DNA of 64,000 nt, from contig JACPMX010000006.1 in NCBI GenBank assembly GCA_016185755.1, forward strand, positions 20,412-84,411, written 5' to 3'. Of this stretch, positions 10,088 to 20,792 are shown piece by piece; the stretch's first letter is position 1; every line of letters starts with the position of its first letter. The notes under the pieces were generated by a model. That model was not told the DNA's origin, did no database searches, and saw only the letters and a program-made list of their open reading frames with translations. This DNA comes from Candidatus Woesearchaeota archaeon. Lineage in GTDB: Archaea > Nanobdellota > Nanobdellia > Woesearchaeales > GW2011-AR4. Made by a program: the position numbers and the translations under genes.

Positions 10088-11237
10088 TTTCCCCATAAAC
10101 CTTCTTTAGCGGAATCTTGTATTTCTTAGCAATCTTGGCACAATCCTCATATTCCGAGATTACATTCTGGATTTTGCCGTTTAATTTGGAAATCTTGACT
10201 TTTATTTTGCCGTATTTTGTTATGATTTCTTTTATTTCCCTTTCCAGTTTTTTTCTTTGCGCCGGATAGATTCTAAGGCCAAGCGTTGTTGTCTCGTCAA
10301 AAATTATATTGCACAATTTGTCTGTGTTTTTAATATCTGCCAAAACTGTCAATTTCACTGCAGGCCTGCCTTTCTTCATTATTATGCTGGTCAAGTAAGC
10401 ATCCAAAGCGCCGTTTTCCATAAGCTTATCAACAACATAAGGATAAATTTCAGGATTCATGTTGTCTATGTTTGTTTCAATCACATTAATTGTTTCATCT
10501 CCTTTATTTTCCATTTCTCCCAAAAATATCCTCAAAACATTTGGCTGTTCTAAATCCTTTGTACCGGCACCATACCCTATTTTCTCAACCTCCATTGCAG
10601 GCATTTCCCCAAATTTATCGGCAATCGTTGTGATAATTGCAGCTCCTGTCGGGGTTACAAGCTCCGCCTCAATATTGTTGTGATAAACCGGCACATTTTT
10701 CAGGAGTTCAGCAGTTGCAGGGGCAGGAACTGGCCATTTTCCATGAGAAAAAGTTACAAATCCGGTGCCGGTATTCAGCTTTGAGCAATAAATCTTTTCA
10801 ATTCCAAGCTTTTTGAACCCAATCACTGCTCCTGCAACGTCAATTAGCGTGTCAATTGCCCCAATCTCATGGAAATGAATCTTATCAATTGATTTATTGT
10901 GGATTCTTGCCTCAGCAGCTCCGATTTTTTGAAATATTTTTTTAATTGTGACTTTTGTTTCATTGTCTAGCATCGAATTGTCAATTATTTTATTTATTTC
11001 CCTCAAACTTCTCTCTTCATGGTGATGCTTATTAGCTTCAATGACATCGAATTTTGTTGATGTGATTCCATTTTTCACTATTTTTTTTGTTTCAATCTTG
11101 TAGCCCTTTAAGTTTAGCTTTTCCAGTCCTTTTTTTAGAAATTTGACGTCCAATCCTAAATCTATTAATGCTCCTATTATCATGTCCCCGCTTATGCCGG
11201 AAAAGCAGTCAAAGTATGCTGTTTTCATAAAAATCAC
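10065..11237 (-). CDS. larC: NPN cofactor nickel insertase LarC (full length, C1+C2)
   Basis: YFDCFSGISGDM, IHFHEIGAIDT, PVPAPAT, ELVTPTGAA, ETNIDN, MKKGRP and ETTTLGLR. Confidence 0.93.
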   Translation of the reverse strand: MIFMKTAYFDCFSGISGDMIIGALIDLGLDVKFLKKGLEKLNLKGYKIETKKIVKNGITSTKFDVIEANKHHHEERSLREINKIIDNSMLDNETKVTIKKIFQKIGAAEARIHNKSIDKIHFHEIGAIDTLIDVAGAVIGFKKLGIEKIYCSKLNTGTGFVTFSHGKWPVPAPATAELLKNVPVYHNNIEAELVTPTGAAIITTIADKFGEMPAMEVEKIGYGAGTKDLEQPNVLRIFLGEMENKGDETINVIETNIDNMNPEIYPYVVDKLMENGALDAYLTSIIMKKGRPAVKLTVLADIKNTDKLCNIIFDETTTLGLRIYPAQRKKLEREIKEIITKYGKIKVKISKLNGKIQNVISEYEDCAKIAKKYKIPLKKVYGEIKLLQTT

Positions 11238-11974
11238 CTATTAATCAGGCTAGCAAAATACCCGGCCCCGAAGCCGTTGTCAATGTTGACAACAACAACT
11301 CCCGGAGAGCAGGAATTGAGCATTGTCAATAAAGGGGCAATGCCCTTGAAAGAGGCTCCATAGCCCACAGATGTCGGGACTGCAATAATCGGCTTTCCAA
11401 ACAAGCCTGACACTACGCTTGGCAAAACTCCATCCATGCCCGCTACAACAATTAGCACATTTGCATCATTTAGTTTTTCCTTGTTATTCAGAAGCCTGTG
11501 CAGTCCTGCAACTCCAACATCATACAGCCTTTCAACCCTGTTGCCCATTGCCTCTGCAACAACTGCCGCTTCTTCTGCAACATTCATGTCGGAAGTGCCT
11601 GCGCTCAAGACAAGAATCCTGCCATTTTTCATTTTTTTATTCTTTATTATGGATATTGTCCTTGAGATTTTATTGTACTTTGCCTCTTTAAGATGCTTCT
11701 TAACTTCATTAAACATTTCTTCTGTTGCTCTTGTTGCCAATACATCAGAGTTGTTTGCAGCTAGCCTTCTTATTATTGAAACGACTTGCCCTGTTGTCTT
11801 GTTCTGACAGAAAACAACCTCCGGAAATCCTTTCCTCAATGCGCGATGATGGTCAAGCTTTGCGAAGCCCAGGTCCTCAAACGGCATGAATTTCAGCTTT
11901 TTTATTGCATCATCTACTTTCATCTCCTTGCTTGCTACTTTTCCCATGACTTTCCTAATCTTCTGCTCGTACAT
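11234..11974 (-). CDS. larB: NPN cofactor carboxylase/hydrolase LarB
   Basis: DHHRALRKGFPEVV, AGTSD, DVGVAGLHRL, PTSVGYGA and NSC..G..VVNIDNGFGA. Confidence 0.95.
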   Translation of the reverse strand: MYEQKIRKVMGKVASKEMKVDDAIKKLKFMPFEDLGFAKLDHHRALRKGFPEVVFCQNKTTGQVVSIIRRLAANNSDVLATRATEEMFNEVKKHLKEAKYNKISRTISIIKNKKMKNGRILVLSAGTSDMNVAEEAAVVAEAMGNRVERLYDVGVAGLHRLLNNKEKLNDANVLIVVAGMDGVLPSVVSGLFGKPIIAVPTSVGYGASFKGIAPLLTMLNSCSPGVVVVNIDNGFGAGYFASLINR

Positions 11975-12767
11975 TCAGCACCACATTCAGATTTCCGCTC
12001 CTGAAATTTGCAACTTCAACTTTGCTGAAGCCAATTTCTTCAAATTTTTTATTTATTGAGTTTATGTTCCCGCTTACAGTTTTTTTGTCAGCATCATTGA
12101 CCTCGACTCTTGCCCCATTTCCGAAATGCCTGACCCTCAATTCCTTTATTCCCAAATCCCTGAGGAAATTTTCAGCTTTTTCTATCATAGACAGCTTATG
12201 CATAGTTATTTTGTGGCCGTAGGGAACTCTTGATGACAGGCATGGGGAAGAGGGCTTGTCCCATATTTCCAGCCCAAGATGCTTTGCAATCTCCCTTACA
12301 TCTTTTTTTGTAAATTTTGCATCTTTCAGCGGGCTTATCACATTGTTTTCGTCCGCTGCTTTAAGCCCAGGCCTGTAGTCGGAAATATCGTCTAAATTAG
12401 TGCCGTTAAGTATGTTGCTGATGTTTAAATCATTGGAAACCTCTTTTAGTTTTGAGTAAAGCTCGGTCTTGCAGTAATAGCACCTGTTATTGGGGTTTTT
12501 AAGATATTCTTCTTTCTGGGTTTCTTCTGTATTGATTATGACGTGCCTTGCCCCTATGCTTTTTGCAATTTTTTTTGCCTCTTCAAGCTCTCTCCTTGGC
12601 AACGAGGGGCTGTCTGCCGTGGCTGCAACAGCATTGCCCCCCAAAACTTCATGCGCAGCTTTCAAAACCAAAGCGCTGTCTATCCCTCCTGAAAATGCAA
12701 CTATGGCGCTGCCTAGCTTTTTGATTGAATCCTTCAGTTTTTGGTATTTTTGCTCCAGCTCGTTCAT
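11955..12767 (-). CDS. larE: ATP-dependent sulfur transferase LarE
   Basis: PP-loop SGGIDS, NRCYYCK, DYRPG, PCLSSRVPYG and LRVRH. Confidence 0.93.
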   Translation of the reverse strand: MNELEQKYQKLKDSIKKLGSAIVAFSGGIDSALVLKAAHEVLGGNAVAATADSPSLPRRELEEAKKIAKSIGARHVIINTEETQKEEYLKNPNNRCYYCKTELYSKLKEVSNDLNISNILNGTNLDDISDYRPGLKAADENNVISPLKDAKFTKKDVREIAKHLGLEIWDKPSSPCLSSRVPYGHKITMHKLSMIEKAENFLRDLGIKELRVRHFGNGARVEVNDADKKTVSGNINSINKKFEEIGFSKVEVANFRSGNLNVVLNVRAED

Positions 12768-13432
12768 AGCATTATCGCCAATCCGACTGTTATGCTTATC
12801 AGGCCTGTGCTGAGCCTCAATAATTTTTGGGCATTGTGCAGCTTATTCGGAATTAATCTGAAAGGCAATGAAATTATGGCACTTGCCAGTATCATCCCAA
12901 GCATTGAGCCTGTTCCGAAAAGCAGGATGTATGCCAATCCCAATACAGTTGAGGGTATGCTGGCCAAAATCAGCAAAGTCAATGCAGCGCTTCCTGCCAG
13001 GCCATGAACCAATCCGATTATTAAGGATTTTTTAAACGGCGTATGCCGATGCAAATGATGGCTGGCTGACTTGTGGGAATGCAGATGAATATGCTCAATA
13101 TCTCCGTGCCTGTGGATGTGGAAGTGTATCTTTTCTTTTCTTATTGCAAGCAGCACATTTATTCCCAGCACAATGAGCATCACAGCAACTACCGACTCAA
13201 AAAACACGGCTAATTTTTCCGGAATAGTTATTTTTAGCAGCAACACAATCAATCCCGCAATAAACAATGAAATTGTGTGGCCAAACCCCCAAAACAATCC
13301 GGGCAACGAAGATTTCCTGATTGAGGAATGGTTTGAAACTGCCGAGACAGCTGCAATATGGTCTATGTCAAAAGCATGCCTTAGTCCCGACAAGAAGCCA
13401 AGCCCCAGCAGGCTTATTGGAATAAAATTCAT
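12764..13432 (-). CDS. Nickel/cobalt transporter (NiCoT/UreH-like) with His-rich loop
   Basis: GLRHAFDIDH, WGFGHT, HFHIHRHGDIEHIHLHSH and GLVHGLAGS; about 6 TM helices; first gene of the lar operon. Confidence 0.85.
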   Translation of the reverse strand: MNFIPISLLGLGFLSGLRHAFDIDHIAAVSAVSNHSSIRKSSLPGLFWGFGHTISLFIAGLIVLLLKITIPEKLAVFFESVVAVMLIVLGINVLLAIRKEKIHFHIHRHGDIEHIHLHSHKSASHHLHRHTPFKKSLIIGLVHGLAGSAALTLLILASIPSTVLGLAYILLFGTGSMLGMILASAIISLPFRLIPNKLHNAQKLLRLSTGLISITVGLAIML

Positions 13433-13524
13433 AAATTAAAATAATGCAACTTTGTATTTAAATATTACGTTTTTTATAAGCGTGTTACGAAAGATATTTA
13501 AACAGAAAAGCAAGCTTATTTGCC

Positions 13525-13920
13525 ATGGACAAAGTCACAAGGACAGGAATTTCGTTTGAGCCGAAATTATTGAGGCTGTTTGACAAATTCATCAGGGAGA
13601 AAGGCTACACAAACAGGAGCGAAGCGATAAATGACATCATAAGGGAAAGGCTGTTTCACAGGCATGAAAGCCAGATTGTCGGCACTGTCAAAGTTGTCTA
13701 TGACCAAAGAGCGGGGCACTACACCAAGAATGTGTCAAACCTGCAGCACGACTACCATTGCCAGATTGTCTCCTCGATGCACACTTATCTTGACCATCAC
13801 ACCTGTTTAGAGCTGATTGTTGTGAAAGGAAGCATCGAAAGAATCAAGAAACTGCTGGAAAAGATAAGGAAAACAGAAGGTGTTAGGGAAGCCGAGCTTA
13901 TTCTTGAGAACAAACCATAA
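13525..13920 (+). CDS. nikR: Nickel-responsive regulator NikR
   Basis: N-terminal ribbon-helix-helix (GYTNRSEAI) and C-terminal QH...H..LD...CLE metal-binding domain; divergent from the Ni transporter. Confidence 0.85.
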   Translation: MDKVTRTGISFEPKLLRLFDKFIREKGYTNRSEAINDIIRERLFHRHESQIVGTVKVVYDQRAGHYTKNVSNLQHDYHCQIVSSMHTYLDHHTCLELIVVKGSIERIKKLLEKIRKTEGVREAELILENKP

Positions 13921-13952
13921 ACTTAATAAAGCATTTTCGTTTCTGTTCGCCT

Positions 13953-14309
13953 ATGGGGAGTTATAGGATTCTGGGTGGCAAGATAGTGATTGGCCTGGCT
14001 GAAAGAGTGAATGTGCACCATCCCAAGGGAAACAAAAGCGTGATTTCAAAGATAGACACAGGAGCCACAAAAAGCTCAATTGACACAAATCTTGCTGCTG
14101 AATTAAGGCTTGGGCCCGTAATCAAGTCAAAATTAATCAAGTCAGCGCATGGCTCAAAGCTAAGGCCGATAATCGAAGCCACAATCGAATTGGCAGGGAA
14201 AAAAATAAAGTCAGAGTTCACCTTGGCTGACAGGGCCCACATGAAATACCGGATTTTAATCGGGCAGAATATATTGAAAGATGGATTTTTGATTGACCCC
14301 AATAAATGA
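13953..14309 (+). CDS. RimK-associated retropepsin-like putative protease
   Basis: KIDTGATKSSID, RPII and FTLADRAHMKYRILIG. Confidence 0.85.
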   Translation: MGSYRILGGKIVIGLAERVNVHHPKGNKSVISKIDTGATKSSIDTNLAAELRLGPVIKSKLIKSAHGSKLRPIIEATIELAGKKIKSEFTLADRAHMKYRILIGQNILKDGFLIDPNK

Positions 14310-14857
14310 AAAAAATGGCAACTCTAACTTTAGACGAATTACTTAAAACTGAACCAGTTGTTGAAATGCAGAGACACATCACTAAAATTGTCGAATGCTT
14401 TGTCAGGGGTTTTTTTGAATATACTTCTGTCTACCGTCCGCTAACCCAAACAAATCTTGCTGAACTGCCAAATCCTGTGGTTTCAGATCCCATATCAGCA
14501 TTGCGAAGGGGTTTTTATTTAGAAACATTTACTGTAGCCGATGTAGCTTACTTTTTAAATATTCCAGAAGAACTGGTAAGGCGTAATTTTGAAGAACTTG
14601 GAACAAGGCCAAAAACCAAAGCCCTAGGAGGAAGATTGAATTGTAGATTGGCAAGTCAAATTTATCAGATTCGTGACGAATATGGTAAAGAAAGGCATGA
14701 AATTGCAGGTCTTTTAAAGGTAGACGTGAAAATTGTTAACGAAGCCATTTTGAAAAGAAGGGTTATAGAACCCAAAATTATCGATGGGTTAAGAATATTA
14801 TACGGGATTCCTAATTTAGACAAGCCATATAAATTAACAAATATTCAGTTTACGTGA
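14306..14857 (+). CDS. Hypothetical protein (possible HTH elements)
   Basis: 183-aa ORF coupled to both neighbours; VADVAYFLNIPEELV and EIAGLLKVDVKIV resemble HTH helices. Confidence 0.55.
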   Translation: MKKMATLTLDELLKTEPVVEMQRHITKIVECFVRGFFEYTSVYRPLTQTNLAELPNPVVSDPISALRRGFYLETFTVADVAYFLNIPEELVRRNFEELGTRPKTKALGGRLNCRLASQIYQIRDEYGKERHEIAGLLKVDVKIVNEAILKRRVIEPKIIDGLRILYGIPNLDKPYKLTNIQFT

Positions 14858-14858
14858 A

Positions 14859-15929
14859 ATGAAAGCCGCAGTCATGTCGCTTGGAAGCAAAAGCTCGATG
14901 ATGGTAATCGAGGCAATGAAGACTTACTTTGATTCTGTTGACAGCATTGACCTGAGGGATGTGGAAGTAAGCCTTGGAGGCAAGCTTGATGTGATGTATG
15001 AGGGAAAGCCCATGTCCCAGTACAGCTGCATCTATCCAAGAGGCTCTTTCCGCTATGCCACATTACTGCGGTCTGTGACAAGAACTTTGTACAGGACATC
15101 CTACATGCCGATAAAGCCGGAAACCTTCACATTGGGCCATGACAAACTGCTGACGCATCTTGCGCTGCAGCATTTCAGCATTCCGATGCCCACAACATAC
15201 CTTGCATCCTCCACAAGGGCGGCCAAGAAAATACTGAATGAAGTCAGATACCCATTAGTTTTGAAATTCCCGCATGGAACCCAGGGCAAAGGGGTCATGT
15301 TTGCAGAGAGCTATGCAGCAGCCTCTTCAATGCTTGATGCCCTGATTGCGCTGAAGCAGCCATTCCTGATACAGGAATACATAGAAACAGGCGGGGTTGA
15401 CGTCAGGGCCTTTGTTGTCGGCGACAAGGTTGTTGCGTCAATGAAAAGGAAAGCCGTAAGGGGTGAATTCAGGGCCAATATCCATGCAGGAGGAATAGGG
15501 GAATCATGCGTACTTGACCAGAACACAAAAAGGATAGCAGTTGACACTTCAACATCAATAGGCGCTGAAATCTGCGCTGTTGACATGCTTGAAAGCCCGA
15601 AAGGGCCCTTGGTGATAGAGACAAATTTGTCGCCAGGCTTGCAGGGAATAACAAAGGCAACAGGGATAAATGTTGCTGACAAGATTGCAAAATATTTGTT
15701 TGAAAAATCAGAGATTTTTTCCGCAAGGGACAGGGACGAAGCCACTTTGAAGATTTTTGAGGACTTGGGACTGAGCGGGGAAATTGCGCAGCAGATAATA
15801 ACAAATTTGGATTTCAGGGCCTCGAGGATTTTATTGCCCAAGATAGTGACTGACATTGCCCAGTTCGGTGAAAAGGATGAGGTTGTGCTCAAGGTCGAGA
15901 AGGGGAAGATTAGTGTGGAGAGGATTTAA
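14859..15929 (+). CDS. rimK: RimK-family ATP-grasp alpha-L-glutamate ligase with a C-terminal AbrB-like extension
   Basis: DKLLT, GTQGKGV, IQEYI, DVRAFVVG, FRANIHAGG and IETNLSPG. Confidence 0.85.
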   Translation: MKAAVMSLGSKSSMMVIEAMKTYFDSVDSIDLRDVEVSLGGKLDVMYEGKPMSQYSCIYPRGSFRYATLLRSVTRTLYRTSYMPIKPETFTLGHDKLLTHLALQHFSIPMPTTYLASSTRAAKKILNEVRYPLVLKFPHGTQGKGVMFAESYAAASSMLDALIALKQPFLIQEYIETGGVDVRAFVVGDKVVASMKRKAVRGEFRANIHAGGIGESCVLDQNTKRIAVDTSTSIGAEICAVDMLESPKGPLVIETNLSPGLQGITKATGINVADKIAKYLFEKSEIFSARDRDEATLKIFEDLGLSGEIAQQIITNLDFRASRILLPKIVTDIAQFGEKDEVVLKVEKGKISVERI

Positions 15930-15945
15930 AACACTACCTATATTT

Positions 15946-16521
15946 ATGGATAAAAATAAATTTTTGTCATATTTAATTTTCTTATTGATTGTTCTATTGC
16001 CGTCAATTTTTATTGCTATTCTGTTATTCTGCTCTTCATATTACATTCATGAGGCAGGGCATATATTTTTCGGCTTTATTGATAACTTATTTCATTTAAA
16101 GTTAATTTCTCCATACATTAGTAATTACGTGGATTGTTTGTTCCTAAATGTTCCTCAACAAACAAGAAATATAGCGGATTCAACGCTATTTGCTTTAGGC
16201 GGTTCACTTTTTTCTCTATTATTATTTGGAATGATTGCATACTATTCTAATAAGAGATTAGGGAAAAGTGCTATCTGGGCATATATGATTCTTATTTCTT
16301 ATTCTTTTAGGGAAATTATATTTAATATTATCTTTGGAACAGATAATTTCAAACATTCACCCTTAATGAACCTGCAGGATTTTCCTTTATTGGATAAACT
16401 ATTTGATTATTTTGTTTTGATTAACATAGTCCTAACTACGCTTTTATTTTATAGCATACTTCGAGATAGGCTTAAACAAAAATTAGCGACATACCTTTCA
16501 AAACTTTATAAGAATAAATAA
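15946..16521 (+). CDS. Membrane protein with HExxH motif (M50-like putative metallopeptidase)
   Basis: YIHEAGH, LFALGG, several TM helices; AT-rich; start moved to ATG at 15946. Confidence 0.55.
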   Translation: MDKNKFLSYLIFLLIVLLPSIFIAILLFCSSYYIHEAGHIFFGFIDNLFHLKLISPYISNYVDCLFLNVPQQTRNIADSTLFALGGSLFSLLLFGMIAYYSNKRLGKSAIWAYMILISYSFREIIFNIIFGTDNFKHSPLMNLQDFPLLDKLFDYFVLINIVLTTLLFYSILRDRLKQKLATYLSKLYKNK

Positions 16522-16600
16522 TTCAAAAAATTATTCTTTCGCCATTTATTCATCTTTAAAAACCAAAACCTTTATATACCAGTTGGTATCTATAGATACC

Positions 16601-16843
16601 ATGAACACGCAAATCAATGTGAGATTGCCTGAAAAAGTGTTGATTTCAGCGAAATCTTATGCAGAGGAGCATGGGTTCAGCAGCATACAGGAATTCATCA
16701 AGGAAGCTATAAGAGAAAAGCTTTTTGAAAAGCCGGAAATCTCAAAAGAGGAGCTAGCTCTAGTCAGGAAACTTGTTGATGTAAGCGAAAAGAAAAATCT
16801 TTACGGCACTGAGGAACAGCTATTTAAGAGACTAAAAAGGTAA
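16601..16843 (+). CDS. Ribbon-helix-helix antitoxin
   Basis: QINVRLPE...GFSSIQEFIKEAIREKL; directly upstream of a RelE-like gene. Confidence 0.75.
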   Translation: MNTQINVRLPEKVLISAKSYAEEHGFSSIQEFIKEAIREKLFEKPEISKEELALVRKLVDVSEKKNLYGTEEQLFKRLKR

Positions 16844-16845
16844 AG

Positions 16846-17142
16846 ATGGAATATGAACTCAAGCCATCTCATTTCTTTCTGCAGCAGATAGACGAGATTA
16901 GTGATGAAGCTAAAAAAATTGTTGAAAACAGATTAAGATTGGTAAAAGTCAATCCTTTTCGCAATAAGAGAATTCACGGTTACAATCTTTTCCTATTCAG
17001 AATAAGATTTGAGGAGCACCATAGGGAAAAAAGAGTTATTTATCTTGTTGACAAGCCCTATATTAAATTAATCTGCATACTTGACAGAGATAAAGAGTAT
17101 AAAGATTTGAAGAAATACTTGAAGAGTTTAGGATACATATAA
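16846..17142 (+). CDS. RelE/ParE-like toxin
   Basis: 98 aa, basic; F...I..L....K..V...L.....NP and FRIR...RVIY pattern. Confidence 0.7.
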   Translation: MEYELKPSHFFLQQIDEISDEAKKIVENRLRLVKVNPFRNKRIHGYNLFLFRIRFEEHHREKRVIYLVDKPYIKLICILDRDKEYKDLKKYLKSLGYI

Positions 17143-17202
17143 TTCCAGAGTTTCAAAAATCGTAAACTTTTTATAAACCTTTATCCTTAATAATAAAATA
17201 AA

Positions 17203-17331
17203 ATGATTCATTCAAAGCTAATAAAAGACGGAAATGATTTTATTGTACCTCTTCCAAAGAAAATAGTGAAGAAATTAAATCTTAAAGCAAATCAGGAAAT
17301 AGAAGTTGATATTTATGCTTTAATAACTTAA
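17203..17331 (+). CDS. Small AbrB/MazE-like protein (42 aa; not in ORF track)
   Basis: Hand translation MIHSKLIKDGNDFIVPLPKKIVKKLNLKANQEIEVDIYALIT; TATA-like TTTATAA upstream. Confidence 0.6.
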   Translation: MIHSKLIKDGNDFIVPLPKKIVKKLNLKANQEIEVDIYALIT

Positions 17332-17337
17332 GAATTC

Positions 17338-18606
<1,269 letters not shown>

Positions 18607-18710
18607 TTACGCTGTGGAAACCTGGAAAATCCGATGTTTTTTGCAAATATGTCTCATATGCTTTATTTTCACCTTAGGTTAAAATACCATTAAAGCGTGC
18701 ATTGCTGCAG

Positions 18711-20693
18711 ATGAAAATGCTGAAAATTGCCATTGCATTAGGTATATTTGTATTTTTTGCAGCATGCGGGTCTGCGCAAGACGGAATACGGCTCCCCCAA
18801 TCTTTTGTTGATGTCTCATATCCTGGGATTTCCGGCAGGACAATAGAAGTTGCCTCAGATGGGGATTTTCAGGCTGCTTTGGACCAGGCTGCTCCAGGAG
18901 ATGAAATAGTGCTGCAAGCTGGCTCTCCATATGTTGGCAATTTCAGGCTTCCAAAGAAGTCAGGAGACAATTGGATTGTGATAAGAACTTCCAATATGAA
19001 TGGAATTTCCAAAGAAGGCCAGCGTGTCAATCCTGAAGAGCATTCCGCATCGATGCCAAAGATAATATCTCCAAATACTATGCCTGCGGTCTCAACAGAG
19101 TCAGGAGCGCATCATTACAGGCTTGTAGGCATAGAGATAACAACGCAGCATTCAAATACTGAATTCACGCATACAAATGTCGTGGCTTTGCACGCCCCAG
19201 ACAATCAGGATTTGATGGAAAAAGTTCCGCATCACATAATATTTGACAGGGCTTATATCCATGGCACGCCAACCGGGAATGTAAGGAGGGGAGTTGCTAT
19301 TAATGGGGCACATATGGCTGTCATCAACTCTTACCTTTCGGATTTTCATGAAATCGGGGCTGATACACAGGCAATAGCAGGATGGATTGGCCCAGGGCCT
19401 TTTAGAATAAGCAACAATTATCTTGAGGCAGCGGGCGAAAATATAATGTTCGGAGGCGGCGATCCAAAAATACAGGATTTAGTCCCATCAGACATTGAAA
19501 TCACTGGAAATCATTTTTTCAAGCCTTTATCATGGAAAGAAGGCGATGCAAGCTATGCAGGCATTCATTGGACTGTGAAAAACCTTTTCGAGCTTAAGAA
19601 TGCAAGAAGGGTTTTTGTTGACAGCAACCTGTTTGAAAACAATTGGGCAGATGCGCAAATCGGCACAGCCATATTGCTCAAATCCGCAAACCAGGATGGT
19701 GAATGTGAATGGTGTGTTACGGAGCATGTCACTTTCTCAAACAATGTGGTTAAAAATTCAGGCCATGGGCTGACAATAAATGCAGCTGAAGGAAATCCCC
19801 TGCCAAAAAAAGTTAATAGCATAACAATAAAAAATGTGCTTTTTGACAATGTTAAAGGAAGGCTGTTCCAGATATTTGACGGAGTGGACAATGTCAGGAT
19901 AGAGCATGTTACGGGATTAAGCGACTACTCCATACTGATGCCGTGGGAAACAGATATACCCAATCAAAACTTTGTATTTGTAAACAACATAGTGAAGCGA
20001 GGCCAGTATGGAATTGCTGGAGGAGGGGAAGGCAAGAATGTCCTTGACAGGAAATTTTCCCCTTATACCTACAATAACAACCTGCTCATTGTTGATGATT
20101 ATTCGGGCATTGACCAGTTAAACTCGATATATCCGGAAGGGACTTCTTTTGCGCAGCTTGAGGATGTAGGATTTGCTGATTTGGAAAATGGAAACTATGA
20201 ATTGTTGCCTTCCAGCCCTTTCAAGAATGCAGCAAGTGACGGCACAGGCTTAGGGGCTGATATGGAATCTCTGAATAGAGTGATAGATGCTGCAACTGGA
20301 AAATCTGCAATAATCCAGAGTAATGATATCGGAGCATTTGCATCCGAAACAAATCCTATAAGTGGGGCAAGCGAGGATGATTCAGATGATGACGATAAAG
20401 AAGACGAAGCTGAGGATGAAGGGGATTTTTCAACAAATGAATTCGTCAATTCAAATACAGAAGAATTCAACCAGGACAGCATTGAAACCAAGGTTTCTTC
20501 AGCCAATGCCGACAATGGGAATAAAGGCAGTGAAGCCGGCAAAAATCCCTTGCCTGCAGCAAAGCTCCAGGTATCTTCAGCCGAGGCAGCAAGCGAGAAC
20601 AGCAAATATCTCCAATTGGCCATGATGTTTTTAGGAGCCTTAAACTTATTTATCTATGGCACATTGGCGGGAATTGGATTGACTGCTAGATAA
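18711..20693 (+). CDS. Secreted/surface right-handed beta-helix-like protein with acidic linker and C-terminal TM anchor
   Basis: Signal peptide ending FAAC, FQAALDQAAPGDEIVL start typical of pectin-lyase-like folds, Asn-rich strands, D/E-rich linker, hydrophobic C-terminus. Confidence 0.65.
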   Translation: MKMLKIAIALGIFVFFAACGSAQDGIRLPQSFVDVSYPGISGRTIEVASDGDFQAALDQAAPGDEIVLQAGSPYVGNFRLPKKSGDNWIVIRTSNMNGISKEGQRVNPEEHSASMPKIISPNTMPAVSTESGAHHYRLVGIEITTQHSNTEFTHTNVVALHAPDNQDLMEKVPHHIIFDRAYIHGTPTGNVRRGVAINGAHMAVINSYLSDFHEIGADTQAIAGWIGPGPFRISNNYLEAAGENIMFGGGDPKIQDLVPSDIEITGNHFFKPLSWKEGDASYAGIHWTVKNLFELKNARRVFVDSNLFENNWADAQIGTAILLKSANQDGECEWCVTEHVTFSNNVVKNSGHGLTINAAEGNPLPKKVNSITIKNVLFDNVKGRLFQIFDGVDNVRIEHVTGLSDYSILMPWETDIPNQNFVFVNNIVKRGQYGIAGGGEGKNVLDRKFSPYTYNNNLLIVDDYSGIDQLNSIYPEGTSFAQLEDVGFADLENGNYELLPSSPFKNAASDGTGLGADMESLNRVIDAATGKSAIIQSNDIGAFASETNPISGASEDDSDDDDKEDEAEDEGDFSTNEFVNSNTEEFNQDSIETKVSSANADNGNKGSEAGKNPLPAAKLQVSSAEAASENSKYLQLAMMFLGALNLFIYGTLAGIGLTAR

Positions 20694-20792
20694 AAAATAC
20701 CTATTATTAATATTACTTTCTATATTGTAAATAATTCTATTGTTATTCTATAGGGTAGTAAAATTTAAATAATAAAGAGTTTTTACTATGAT

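Noticed and set aside
20365-20430. GATGA-rich tandem-like repeat
   Set aside because: It simply encodes the Asp/Glu linker of the surface protein.
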